Origin: Magallana gigas
Taxonomy: Eukaryota
Assembly: GCF_963853765.1 (NCBI RefSeq)
Contig: NC_088855.1
Location: forward strand, 59,644,001 to 59,708,000
Length of the DNA: 64,000 nucleotides
Direction of reading: 5' to 3'
Below the pieces are notes generated by a model that made no database searches, had not been told where the DNA came from, and worked only from the letters and a program-made list of their open reading frames with translations. The position numbers and the translations under genes were made by a program. Below, one piece after another: positions 49,171 to 60,933 of this stretch; the first letter of the stretch is position 1; each line of letters opens with the position of its first letter.

Positions 49171-51380
49171 TTAACTATTATCATGTTACCTGGGCACTCT
49201 CCCGATATTACGTCACATGTTTGGTCACACTGTAATGGACATACGTCCTTACATAAACGTCCATAGTATCCTTCCGGACAAGCTTCACTGCAGTTCACTC
49301 CATAAGTCCCCGCCGGGCACTCTAATGAAAATAAAATCGTATGTTCATTTTGTCAGATTTAATTATATAAATTTATTTTTCGGTAATTGTCAAAGTTCAG
49401 TATATACCTATGCACCTGTTCCCGTCAAATATATAGTTTGAGCAGCAAATATTGTATCTGTAAAATTGAAAATGGAGATTAACATATGTTAACAGCTGTT
49501 CATGTTCTGGTGGTGGTATTGTATGACAGTATCGACCAGTAACCTTACCCACACAGACTGGGATCCACCAAGACTGAGCCCAGACACAAATGGACACCAA
49601 TAACCAGCAGTGCCGACTTGTAAAGATGTACTGTGTCCTCCATGTCTTTAAAGAGCAGTATATGTGCTGGTGACAACTTCCCTGTGTATTTCTGTTAAAT
49701 CTATATTTTGCCCTCTTGATTTTATGTAATACATAAATTTTCTCTAACAGGAAAATAACTCTTGTTTCCTCATTCTGATGTGACTTTTGGAAAATCATAA
49801 ATACAGGAAAAAAGTTTGAATTTATTTATATTTGATACATGGGCATCGTACAATAGCGATGATTTCAAATTAATTACTCAACATAATGATATTGTGAAGG
49901 GAAAGTATCTGAAAATAAAATTTCTTGTTTGCCAATGAACATGAACGTTATAATTTCATAATTGTTATGCTACCGATATGATGAGAAAACAGATATCATG
50001 CCACGCGTTTTACGATAAAAAAAAAGAAGAAGAAGGAAGTTACTCCTTTGTAGCAGAATATAGCAGAATATTAAATATCAATATTTAATATAACTGACCT
50101 TTTGGCGTCCAATAACATTACATTTATAGAGTAAACAGGATATACATAGACATCATCTCACATTTTGTTCAGTAATATTGTATTTTTGTTTCTAGAAAAC
50201 AGAACCTTTGCTTTTAAAAACCATTGTATTTCAAAGTATACACAAGAATAATTTTTAATTGCATGTTAAGTAAAAAACATATTCTATAAAAAGCAACTAA
50301 ATTATTTTGATTTTGCAGGTTATTTGCAAAAGTACAACCATTTGTTTAATTGAAAATGACAAAAAAATAGAAGATTCAATTTAAGTACAATACAATAAAC
50401 TACTGTGTAATCATTAAATTTCGTGGTGGCTCAATTTTCGTGGAATTCGTGGATACCTCTCATCCACGAATGAACATCCTCCACAAATTAAAAAAGATGG
50501 TAATAAAGTAACATTCCCTTTTGTCAATACAAGAGAATACACGAAATTACGTCCCAAAAAACCTGTAAAATTTAAGCTATCCACGAAAATTGGCCCCCAC
50601 GAAATTTAATGATTCCACGGTATACTTTAAAATATATACATTGGCAATTTACGTAAGTGAGTACAAATATAAAAATAGCATCAATTAATCATCTTTTCAG
50701 AAAACAAATTGATCGTACTGATCAATCAATAGCACAAAATAGATTCAGAGCTAGCGTCCTGCGTGGTGTCGACGCCATTTCAGATCAATCATTAAATGTT
50801 GTAAATTATCTTTCAATGTTAGATCATCTTATCTTACACCAGCACAGCTCACTAACCATCCAATGTAATTTTAAGGAAAATAAATAACGCAAAAGTTGCT
50901 CTGCTGTTTTGTAACTTTCCTTTGGACTTTCGATTTTGAACACTTTTTGTTATCACCATGTTTCATAGAAAATTTCAAGATGCATTTCAAAAAGTTACAT
51001 AAAAAGTCTACTCCAAATTCATGACCAGACTACTTTAATCGAATTGTAATCAATCAAAAGTAATAGCACGCCTTTTTACAATCAACAGAGTATATCTTTT
51101 TGATATACATGTAATATGTTGCTACTTTAATGAACGTTGTCATTAAATAGACAAACACAGCTTAAGCGCACTCATGTCCTGTCATTTATTTACAGATGAA
51201 ATACATGTATATATCCCTTTACAAATTTTGATTTATTATCACAAAGTTTAAATAAGATTAACAAATGAAAACATCAAATAAATTAGCTTATACAATGGTA
51301 TTCAATAACAATCTTAGAGTCAATCTGAAGCGTCAAAGTTTATAACGTTTATACTTTATTACTTCCTCTTGATTATTTAT
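49171..51380. repeat. 2,210-bp direct duplication, copy 2
   Basis: Matches 41263-43472. Confidence 0.95.
49190..49643 (-). CDS. Copy F: duplicated 5-prime exons of copy E, cut off by the retrotransposon
   Basis: Exons 49643-49549, 49457-49408, 49321-49190 match E; the next intron runs into A1 at 49170. Confidence 0.7.
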
Positions 51381-51399
51381 GATTCCTTTGATAAACTTT

Positions 51400-51720
51400 A
51401 ATCGTCGCCATAGAATAAAAGTATTCTGAATTTCGGGATATGCCTTTCTAATGGTATTCTTCTGAATTCTAAGCTAGTATTTTAGGTTAAAATGCATGGT
51501 GTTAGGTTTGAGGTATGAAAATATGTTTTGTACAGAGAGTGTTACCGATCTTGGAGAAGGTGAAATTTTTCTATATTTGAAATCTTGTATTCTTGTTCTA
51601 TGCTGACGATACTTTTATCTCGCTGAAAAAGCTAATAATTTAAAATTTATTTACTGTGTGAAGTTTTGCACAAATTGCATAACTAAGTATACAGCAGATG
51701 AATTCTTTTGTACTTCAATG
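51400..51720 (+). mobile_element. Degenerate LINE RT fragment
   Basis: LFYADDTFI motif at about 51593-51620 in a disrupted frame. Confidence 0.5.
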
Positions 51721-52541
51721 TAATACGTTTTTGTGAATTTTATATATAGTGTGTGTTGTGTGCGTGCGTGCGTGATTTGATGAACGACCGAACACTTTTA
51801 AATATTGTAAATGCTGGCATATCAACTCACCCTTAAAAATCTAGATTAGCTTCATAGGTTACGCGGGTCGCTGATCTTATGTATTTATTTTGTCGCGTTT
51901 TTTGGTTTTGTTTTTTGTTGTTGTTTTTTTTTTTTTTGTAATTTATGCTGTTTTTTTTTAATTTCGACAATTTGTCGACTTGATATAATTTGGTATTTTG
52001 ATTGCGTATATACTTTTGAATCAAAATTAATGTGCTCACTGAAATCTTATTGTTCATTTTTAATCTTTATACTTATATACACATGGATGACATTTTATTG
52101 GGAATGGGAAAATCGTGTGTTAATAATTGTATACATGGTATAGTGAGAGGGCTACATAAGTTTAGAACTTGTATCCATACATTACTCATTGTAATTATAT
52201 TGCAAGAAAATAAGTTCAGATCAATTTGTTATTTGAATAGAAAGATATTTATAACCTTGTACCACAAATTAATTAAGGTGTAGTTAAATAAATTGTATTC
52301 TAAACCTCATTTTGGATTTAACAAATAGTTAAGGTTTTAAACTGATCATGATTACGCATAAGATAATTACATATACTTACAACTGATTAATACAAAATTT
52401 ATCTTTAATCATTTATCAGTTTTAAATATACATGAAGTGATAAATATAGTTTTTCTCTAGGCCCTGATGAATCACTCTTGAGGAACTAGTCTTTTTACCT
52501 GTGAGAAATAGGACGGAAAAGTGAGATCGCCTGATCGTTAA

Positions 52542-52549
52542 TGACGTCA
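52542..52549. promoter_or_regulatory. Perfect CRE palindrome TGACGTCA about 70 bp upstream of the FABP start codon
   Basis: ATGACGTCAT read directly; function is inferred. Confidence 0.4.
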
Positions 52550-52618
52550 TCCAGGATCTAAGCGTACAGTAGTAGCACAGCTGAGAACACGGGCATACGC
52601 ACGTGCAATCTGGCGGTA

Positions 52619-54969
52619 ATGGAGGTGGCTGGGATAGAGGATACGATAGTCGGAGTGTGGGCCCTGTATAGGAACGAGAATCTGGACGGATACCTGAAGG
52701 AGTGCGGTAAGAGACTCGCGGGGACGGTCGAAGTTTTGATCTTAAAGTATAAATATGTATCTCTGTCTTTGTTTAGTATCTTTTCTATTTATCAAAATAC
52801 AGGTGTCTATATTTATATTTTTCATGCGTATCGAGCTTTAACTGAAATAAAAAATATCCACGTGATATTTTTTTTTTATCAGAATTGGAATTTTTAAGTT
52901 GATTCTGTTAAAAACTAATATAGGTAATAGAGAAATTTTGATTTCATAAAGAACGTTTATGTTCTTAATTGTTCTTTCAGAATATAATTCAAATCTTAAA
53001 AAACGTCATGTATGGAATGAATTTTTATCCATCATTTCTATTTTCTTTTTTATTGTGGCTAGGCGTGAACTTCATCCTTCGGAAGCTTGCCCAAGCCGCT
53101 AGTTTGTACGTTACTATGGTGATATCTATGGAGGATGGACAACTGAGGATACAAAACAAAGGTCCCAAAAACACAGACCACAAGGCGCCCCTGGGCACGG
53201 AAATCTTTATCACGGACCTAATGCATAACCCAATGAAGGTATGAATTGTTAGGGGGGGGGGGGGTATTTTTTTATTTGATTGAACATTAGATTTACAATC
53301 TGAAAGTGAAACTTTGAAAATTTTACAGAGCGAACAAAGAAAACAATTGAATTAGTTCTTATCCTGCAATGAATGTACATTTGTAAACAGCATGAGTCAT
53401 TCAACATTCATGCAGAGAGTAGATTAATTTTCCTGAGCTGTCGACAGAATGGAATGATTTAAACTGCCGAGTACTTTGTGAACTTCCGCGCTGACGTCTG
53501 CTTTCTTTGTGTTTTGTTCAGGAGGTACACACGTGGGACAAAAATCAGCTGGTCACGGTTTCTGAGCCGACCCCAGGCTCCAAGGCGCTGCCAACCCGCG
53601 TCATCCGGGAACTTGTGGAGGGTCAGCTGGTCATGGTAGGTGACCCGTCTGGGCGGTCCCAGTTTGATTTAGGTCTTATTCTGTACAAGCTATATATACA
53701 GGCGTTTCTTTAATGTATAATTACTAGTAATCAGCTCTTAATGACACAGATGATCGATTGTTGAATAAGAATTTAACCATACACAGTAAATGCCACCGTT
53801 TCCGTCATATTTGCACGATTTTTTAACGCAGAAAATATATACACACACCTGTCAAAGAAATACAACTAAAACTGATTTAAAGGAAATGAAAATAGTATAT
53901 ATTTTTCACTGACATGTCAGCGTTTTCTATTTTCCATTAAAATTGACAAAAACGAGAAATGTCACGGAGATTTGTAATGGGAAATCTGACATTAATTTCT
54001 AACTCACACAATTTTCTTACACGTAAGATGTACATGTAAGATGTACATGTAATTTTTGATGTTTGCAATGAAATATATTCGTAGACTTATTTTTTGGAGG
54101 CGGTTCAATAGGGAAAAAAATTCTTCATTCTAGCAAATACAAATTGTTTAAACTTAATGGTTATGAATGTCGAAAAAGATTTTCAGAAGATGTGCTGCAT
54201 AAACTTAATGGTACAGTGTTTGGTCTACTATTGTGACGCCTTTCATCGCAGAAAACAAAAGAAAATCGACGGAATGCAAGTTGTGACCGATAACAATAAA
54301 TTTCCGAGGCTTCATTTTCCTATCTTAGTAGTGACCTCCAGAAAAGTGCATGTAAACAAAAATTAGAGTTATTTTCTCATTCATTTGGCTGAAGAATAGA
54401 GATAAAATCTATCTAAATTCCCGCTGTTTACCCATGCATGAATATCATCAGGGAGTAACTATGATCAATATTTGTATTTTTTTTTTAATATATTCGAGTG
54501 CGTCTAGATGGTTCTTAATCAAAGTGAACAGATTTAATGAATACATGTATATATACATATCGTATTACTTCATTGTATTCCGATTTATCCTGGCCGGACA
54601 CAGATGTATACATGCATTTCTATTTATATCAACTTAATTTATTTTACTGTGTTTTAATTACATTAATTCTACTCTACTCATTTTTACATTACCAGTTCTA
54701 CATGTGAATACATTATTTCTAAAAAAAAAAAAATAACAAAAATATTTTATTTCTACTTTCAGTTAGTCATTTTTACATTATTTGTTCTTTTAATTAATTA
54801 TTTGTACATTTTTCTACTTTTAATTAATTATTTCTAAATTATTTCGACTGACTTGTTTTCTGCTAAAAAATTTCAATATTAAATTTCTACATGTACCTTT
54901 CTCCCTTTTTTACAGACTCTAATAGTGAATGACGTTGTCTGTAAAATGTTTTACAAACGGAAGAGCTGA
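52619..54969 (+). CDS. FABP: Intracellular lipid-binding protein (FABP/CRABP family), 143 aa
   Basis: Exons 52619-52706, 53063-53238, 53522-53635, 54916-54969; canonical 4-exon iLBP layout; GVW..NENLDGYLKECGVNFILRK. Confidence 0.85.
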
Positions 54970-56208
54970 CGAATATCCTGGACAATTAGACACACATAAA
55001 TTGTGAACAGACAAAAATTCGAGCATGGATTTATTGGCGTGCGTCGGCCATGCTTGGCGACCCGCCATTGTGTTGTGATAAATGTGCGGGTATCCATAAC
55101 TGTTGACCTTCATGTGTACCCGTGTCCTTGACGTGTCTCATTATACAAGTACTGGTACAGAACAAGTACTGCTGTAACATATGGTGGAATATAATACACA
55201 GTGTCTTAGTCTGCAAAATTCTTATACATTTTCATGGAATCAAAGATGAAGTAAAAGGAAATTGATCATATGCATTTAATATGTGTTGATGATGCTGTGT
55301 TAGTAAAATGGAATGCACTCGGGGTTCTTTTATTTGTTTTTATTCAATTATTTAGTTGTTAGTCAACTGAATGAATTTCAATTATCGGTTTCAATTTGTA
55401 TGATTTGTATCATCTCAAAAACGGAAAATATAAACATGCCAGTACTTTGATTTTATAGGTCGTGTCCCTATCACTATAGACAAGTCTTCTTTCTGATTAT
55501 CATTACAAACCGATAAGCTTTACAGAGATTAAAACTGCATTGTTTTGAATTAAGGGACATACATTTTATTTTTATATAGACAAATGTATGGATAGGGACA
55601 AGTCGTTGAAAGTGCAATGAAAAATATTCATTATTTTGTTAACTACATGTACATTGAAGAATTGAATCATCAAAATATTTTAGAACGATTGGGATTTTAA
55701 CGCTACGGATTAATGACTCGGAAAAAGAAACAAATATTTAAGCTGCTTTTGTTCCAGTCCTTTTTTATTTATTTATTTTTTAATTTTTAAGCTATTTCTA
55801 AGCTTTAAGGACTTTTTTTTCTCTAGAATATGAAGTACATCCTTTGAAGAGAGAATAAAACTTTCATAAACATAGAATTGCATTTCACTCATTGAAATAT
55901 ACACGTATAGTCCGTAAGAAGTTTACTTACAAACATATCGGTAGTAGTTTTCATACTTAGGATGAGTCAGTTGCTGCTATGTCATTCGTGGACTATGATT
56001 GAGTTCTTTATCAGTCTCACTCTGATATTACAAGTATACACCACTTTTTGTACCAGTTTCTTTCAAAAGCCAACCTGAGTCAGATTAACTCAAGAAAGAA
56101 ACGGCAGTGCCTCCAGTGTAATATTTACACATATATTACATCGGGATCGGGGTCAATATTATGGTGAAAACACGTGTTCATTTCTAGTTTCACTTTTGAT
56201 CGCACAAC

Positions 56209-57396
56209 ATGAGTGAATCAAAGAAACAGAAAATATCGAACGTAGATACATCTGATGGGACGGATTCTGCGAATTCTAAATTGAAGGACGAATTCCGATT
56301 TAGTGAGGACCCATCTCTTGAGAAAATGTAACTTATTTACTATGAACTCTTTATAACTGATACATGTATATATACTGTACCCTTATATTGTATACACATG
56401 TATTTACCGATCTTGGGCATGTACTTTATGTCCAGATAGCTAGTTGTAAATATACTTTACGGTGATGTTTCAGACGAGAAATGCAAGCTGTGTTCTGTAG
56501 GGAGAGGAACTGGGACCAGTTTCATACACCCAGGAATGTACTACTGGCCCTGGTCGGAGAGGTTGGGGAGCTAGCAGAAATCTTGTGAGTTTTTTGGAAA
56601 TCAACTTATTAAATTCAAATTGTAAAATTGAAATAACTGGAAAAAGGTTAAGAGCAGAGACCATTTCGTTTCTCTCGGCGAAGAAATTGTTCAACGGATT
56701 CTCTGAAAAAAATATGGCCCCGTGCATGGTTAAATGAAAGCTGAGCTATTTTCATGTTGCTTTGTTTTGTTTCTGTTTTACAGTCAGTGGAAAGGAGAGG
56801 TTGATGTAGGACTTCCGGGTAAGATTACAAGCTGTATACGATGTTACATGCATGGATCAATCTACATTATCTATTAAGCAAACAATTAATCCTAGTGCAT
56901 TAAATGTTTTGTTTTGTTTTTTTGTAAAATTTTAAAACAAATGTTTAATATTTTAATTTTTCATTAATTGCCAAATAATGTATTAAAACTGTGTATTACT
57001 TTAATTTTGAAAACCCTTACTGCAAATGATGTTTTGCTCTCCAGTGCTCACACACTATGTAGAAGTTATTAATAATGTTACAATATTCCATATTAATATC
57101 AACTTCAGATTGTTGAACCACATCCAATAGCAAGTGTATGTAAACATGTAAATTGTTTAACTACAGACTTCAGTCAGGAGGAGAGAGATCACGTGGGCCA
57201 GGAGATGAGTGACATTCTGATTTACTTAGTGAGGCTGGCAGACAGGTGTCTTATTGACCTACCCTCCGCCGTGCTGCAGAAAATAGAACACAACGCACAG
57301 AAATACCCCGTCAATAAGGCGTACGGTAACAACAAGAAATATACCGCGTACGTGGCAGAGGATGCTGGGAAGGCACTCCCCAGTGGGGACCAGTAA
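56209..57396 (+). CDS. DCTPP1: dCTP pyrophosphatase 1, canonical copy (164 aa)
   Basis: Exons 56209-56327, 56474-56584, 56784-56818, 57167-57396; WDQFHTPRNVLLALVGEVGELAEIFQWK...QEMSDILIY MazG-like motifs. Confidence 0.92.
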
Positions 57397-58489
57397 ATGA
57401 ATGAGACAACAATATTTCTTAGCCAAAGAGCATACAGCATGTATGCGTGCATGTGGCTACATTTAGTACACATGGGTTTAACTATGTGTACATTTTATAA
57501 AAAAGACTGGCTGTCAACTGGGCCCAGTGTCATTGAGAGTTCCTCACTGGTGTCTGTGTGGAGATTAAGATTTAGGAGCATGGACGGACAGACACTTAGG
57601 CACCCAGACACAGCCATTGTTTATTACAGGGTCCAATTTTTCTCTCAGCCAAACTGATTTAAACGTTGATTTTGTTTTAATGTTTGATGTTGTAAATAAA
57701 GTTTTATGTTCAATTGTTCCTTTTTACTTGTGATTGATAGATTGACTTGCTTTTCTTTTAAGATTTAAAATTAAACCACATAATCTGATATATTATAGCA
57801 TTTAGCAAAATATTTTTAAAAAATTATACACGCCTTGAATAGTGGCAACAAATGGAGATAATTTTAATTGCAATTAAGAAAATTAGAGATGAACCAGGAC
57901 CTATGAAAAAAAAAGAAAATCATGCATGTTCAGAACAACTTGGTCAGCGCCATATCATTGTCAATTCATTTCATGCGCACATCAAGAAAACTCTTCCGGT
58001 GGAATAACTTACATAATGGTGAATAATACAAAAACCAAAGAATTAAATAAAGAATGTTATTTATGTCTCTGCTAAAACCCTGCATCTGATCCTTTTAAAA
58101 CAAACTCTATAGTCGGAAGCAAATTGAAAGTGGGGGCTAGACTGGACTGATCTGAAATCTTGACAAGAAAAAAAAGGCTAAATCCCAAAATCATGAAAAT
58201 CCTAAGGGGGGGGGGGGGGGGGGGGGGGGGGGGGGCTAGTATACATATACTCCCCCTCCCCGGTTCCGACGCTTATCTTAAGTCTATGATAACTTTACCC
58301 ACCATATATTGCAGTCATATGAATTCATAATTTAGAATACTCAGTACTTGGTAATACATATGTATATGCTTTCGATTAGGAAACATTTTGGCGGGTTTAA
58401 TAGATTTGGGGAAGATGTACCCAACAATCATCGGGATCGGGGTTTAAAAATGCACGTGTTCGTGGTTTACTTTCTACTTTCGCTTTACA

Positions 58490-59546
58490 ATGAATAACAA
58501 GGAAAACGAGACCGGCTATAAATTCAGCAGTGACCAAACACTTGAGAAAATGTATGTACTGATGGAATGCATTAGATATAAAGGATACAACCAAACCTTT
58601 TTCTCATTTATTAAAACGATCAATATGAATATAAATATTGTCAGATGTCGTGAGTCTTCTCCCGAGGCTTCACCAGCTGTTCACATAAATCAGTGTTGCA
58701 TTGTACTAGAACAGCTAGAAATCTGTTGTAAGTTTTATCGATATGTAAATAATTTAGGCTGGAAGAACACCCCAGACCTGAACAGTGTGCTATAACATAT
58801 ATTTCAGACGTGAAATACAAGCCGTGTTCTGTAGAGAAAGGAACTGGGACCAGTTTCATCCACCCAGAGATGTTCTCTTTGACATGGTGGGGGAAGTCGG
58901 GGAGCTGGCAGAAATCTTGTGAGTTTTTATGGAGCTGTAAAAGTTGTAATGTGAAAACTGAAACTTAAAGAAATCTGAAATGAATAGAGTGGCTCTCAGA
59001 GTAATGATTGATCAATATATAAACAGTTTTGATGCGTTCTCTTTGGAGTTCCTTTTTTTCAGCAGAACACCAATTTTATAAATACATACATTGTTTGCTT
59101 TTAATTTTACAGTCGATTTAAAGGACATGTAGAAGTTGGTCTTCCTGGTAAGGCTACAAGTTTTAACTTTTGAGATTTTTTTTTTTAATTCTGTAATGTT
59201 GACTATTTTTTTACTTGACTAATGATCAGTATTTTGTAATTATATACCCAATGAAGAATTATTGTTCAACACACTGTTAGTATAAACTTGTATTATGTAT
59301 GTCAGTGGACCTATTACAGAATTCAGTGAGGAGGAGAGAGATCACGTCGGCCAGGAGATGAGTGACGTTTTACTCAGCCTGGTCAGACTGGCCGAGAGAT
59401 GTCACATAGACCTACCCACAGCAGTGCTACAGAAGTTCCAGCTAAACAGGGAGAAATACCCGGTCCACAGGGCCTACGGTAAAATCAATAAACCTACAGA
59501 AAACACGGCAGAAAAGGATGGAAAGACAGACACTACTGGTAAATAG
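58490..59546 (+). CDS. DCTPP1: dCTP pyrophosphatase 1-like divergent tandem paralog (144 aa)
   Basis: Exons 58490-58551, 58808-58918, 59113-59147, 59320-59546; same intron positions and phases; frame open. Confidence 0.85.
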
Positions 59547-60319
59547 AGAAAGTTTCAATAAAAAGACAAATAGAACTCTTTAACAGCACAGTCTTTGTAA
59601 ACAGCAATAACAGATCAGGATACCCGAGTCGGTGAAACATTTCCTCAAAGAGTGAAACCAAAATGTACAAAATGACAGGAACCAATAACATCACAGAGTA
59701 AAAATAAACCCTGAATTAGCCTAGTGTTCTAACCCTAACCCAGTGTCAATGGAACCAAAATAGCAGAGAGTAGAGACAAACCAAAATCGACACAGTATTA
59801 ATAGAACAACAGCACAGAGTGAAAGACAGGCAGCACATAGTACTCTGTTCTGGTAACAGTGGTCTATTATTTTCACAAATAACTCAGTTAGATATGAATT
59901 TTTATTATTATTAATGATTTTTATCATTGAAATAGATATTAAACTAACTTCTTAGACCTACGTGTGTGACTAATAATTAATAAAAGGAAAAAAAAGACAG
60001 TAATCTGCTCAGTGTTTTTTACAATGTGGAGTGTAGCTGGCTTGAAAGTTTAAGCCTACAAAGTACCGGAAAGGAAAAGTGGGTATGTAGGTTACAGAGG
60101 AAGGGACATTACATTGAAGTGGACAGGCATAGCCTACATCCACTTCTTCAAAGAGAATAACCCCATGCTGGTACAAGAAAGGGGAGTGAACTATACAGTA
60201 AACAAAATGGGATCGAGGGACTTGCTCGTATTTTATATTACTTGGGACTCTATAGACCAACTCTTACTTTTTAAAAAAAATATTGACCTGGTACTTTATC
60301 CCAAACCAATCCTTGCTAC

Positions 60320-60933
60320 TTTAGTAGTATAGCTCCTGACTAGAGTTGCAGGTGTCCTGGTTCGATTCCCGATCCAGCAATATACTAGTATTTAAAATGT
60401 AATTATATGCCCATTCCTACTACATATGGTTCGTGGCCGTCCTTATTCAGGCAATATGAATAAGTCCCGGCAAGCTGAACTTGTGTTAATTGTGTCTTCA
60501 GGGTTAAAGACCATTTAAGGAGGGAGGAATGTAGTAGCTGGGGCTATATGGACCGTGTATATCGACCTGGGCATTTCAGTGGTAGAGCTCCTGACTAGAG
60601 TTGCAGGGGTGTTGGTTCGATTCACGGTCCAGGTATATATTTAGGATGTATCTGTATGCTCACCCCTACTACAGATGGTTTGTGGCCGTCCTTATTCAGG
60701 CAATATGAATAAATAAGTCCTGGCAAGGTGAACTTCTGTTCTGTCTTCAGAGTCAAAAACCATTTAAGGAGGGAGGAGTGTAGTAGTTGGGGCTATATGG
60801 ACCGTGGATATCGATCTGGACATCTCTGTGGTAGAACTCCTCAGTAGAGCTGCAGGGGTTCCGGGTTTGATTCTCACTATTGCCGCTCTATATTTCCTTG
60901 TATTTATATGCCCATTCCTCCTTTCCTACTACA
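60320..60933 (+). mobile_element. Tandem TRIM-like LTR array (LTR-int-LTR-int-LTR) with tRNA-like LTRs
   Basis: LTR2 60530-60673 and LTR3 60779-60933 start TGTAGTAG and end CTACTACA; each ~105-bp internal part starts with a TGG PBS-like motif and ends with the purine tract aaggagggagga; LTR1 (ends 60424) is partly deleted. Confidence 0.7.

Noticed and set aside
53780-54650. TIR element in FABP intron 3 (acacagtaaa/tttactgtgt)
   Set aside because: Only a 10-bp match and no convincing TSD
60009-60332. Penelope GIY-YIG remnant
   Set aside because: Resemblance too weak to support without a search
60320-60890. Genuine tRNA genes
   Set aside because: Acceptor stems do not pair, copies are degenerate, and they sit within LTR-like repeats
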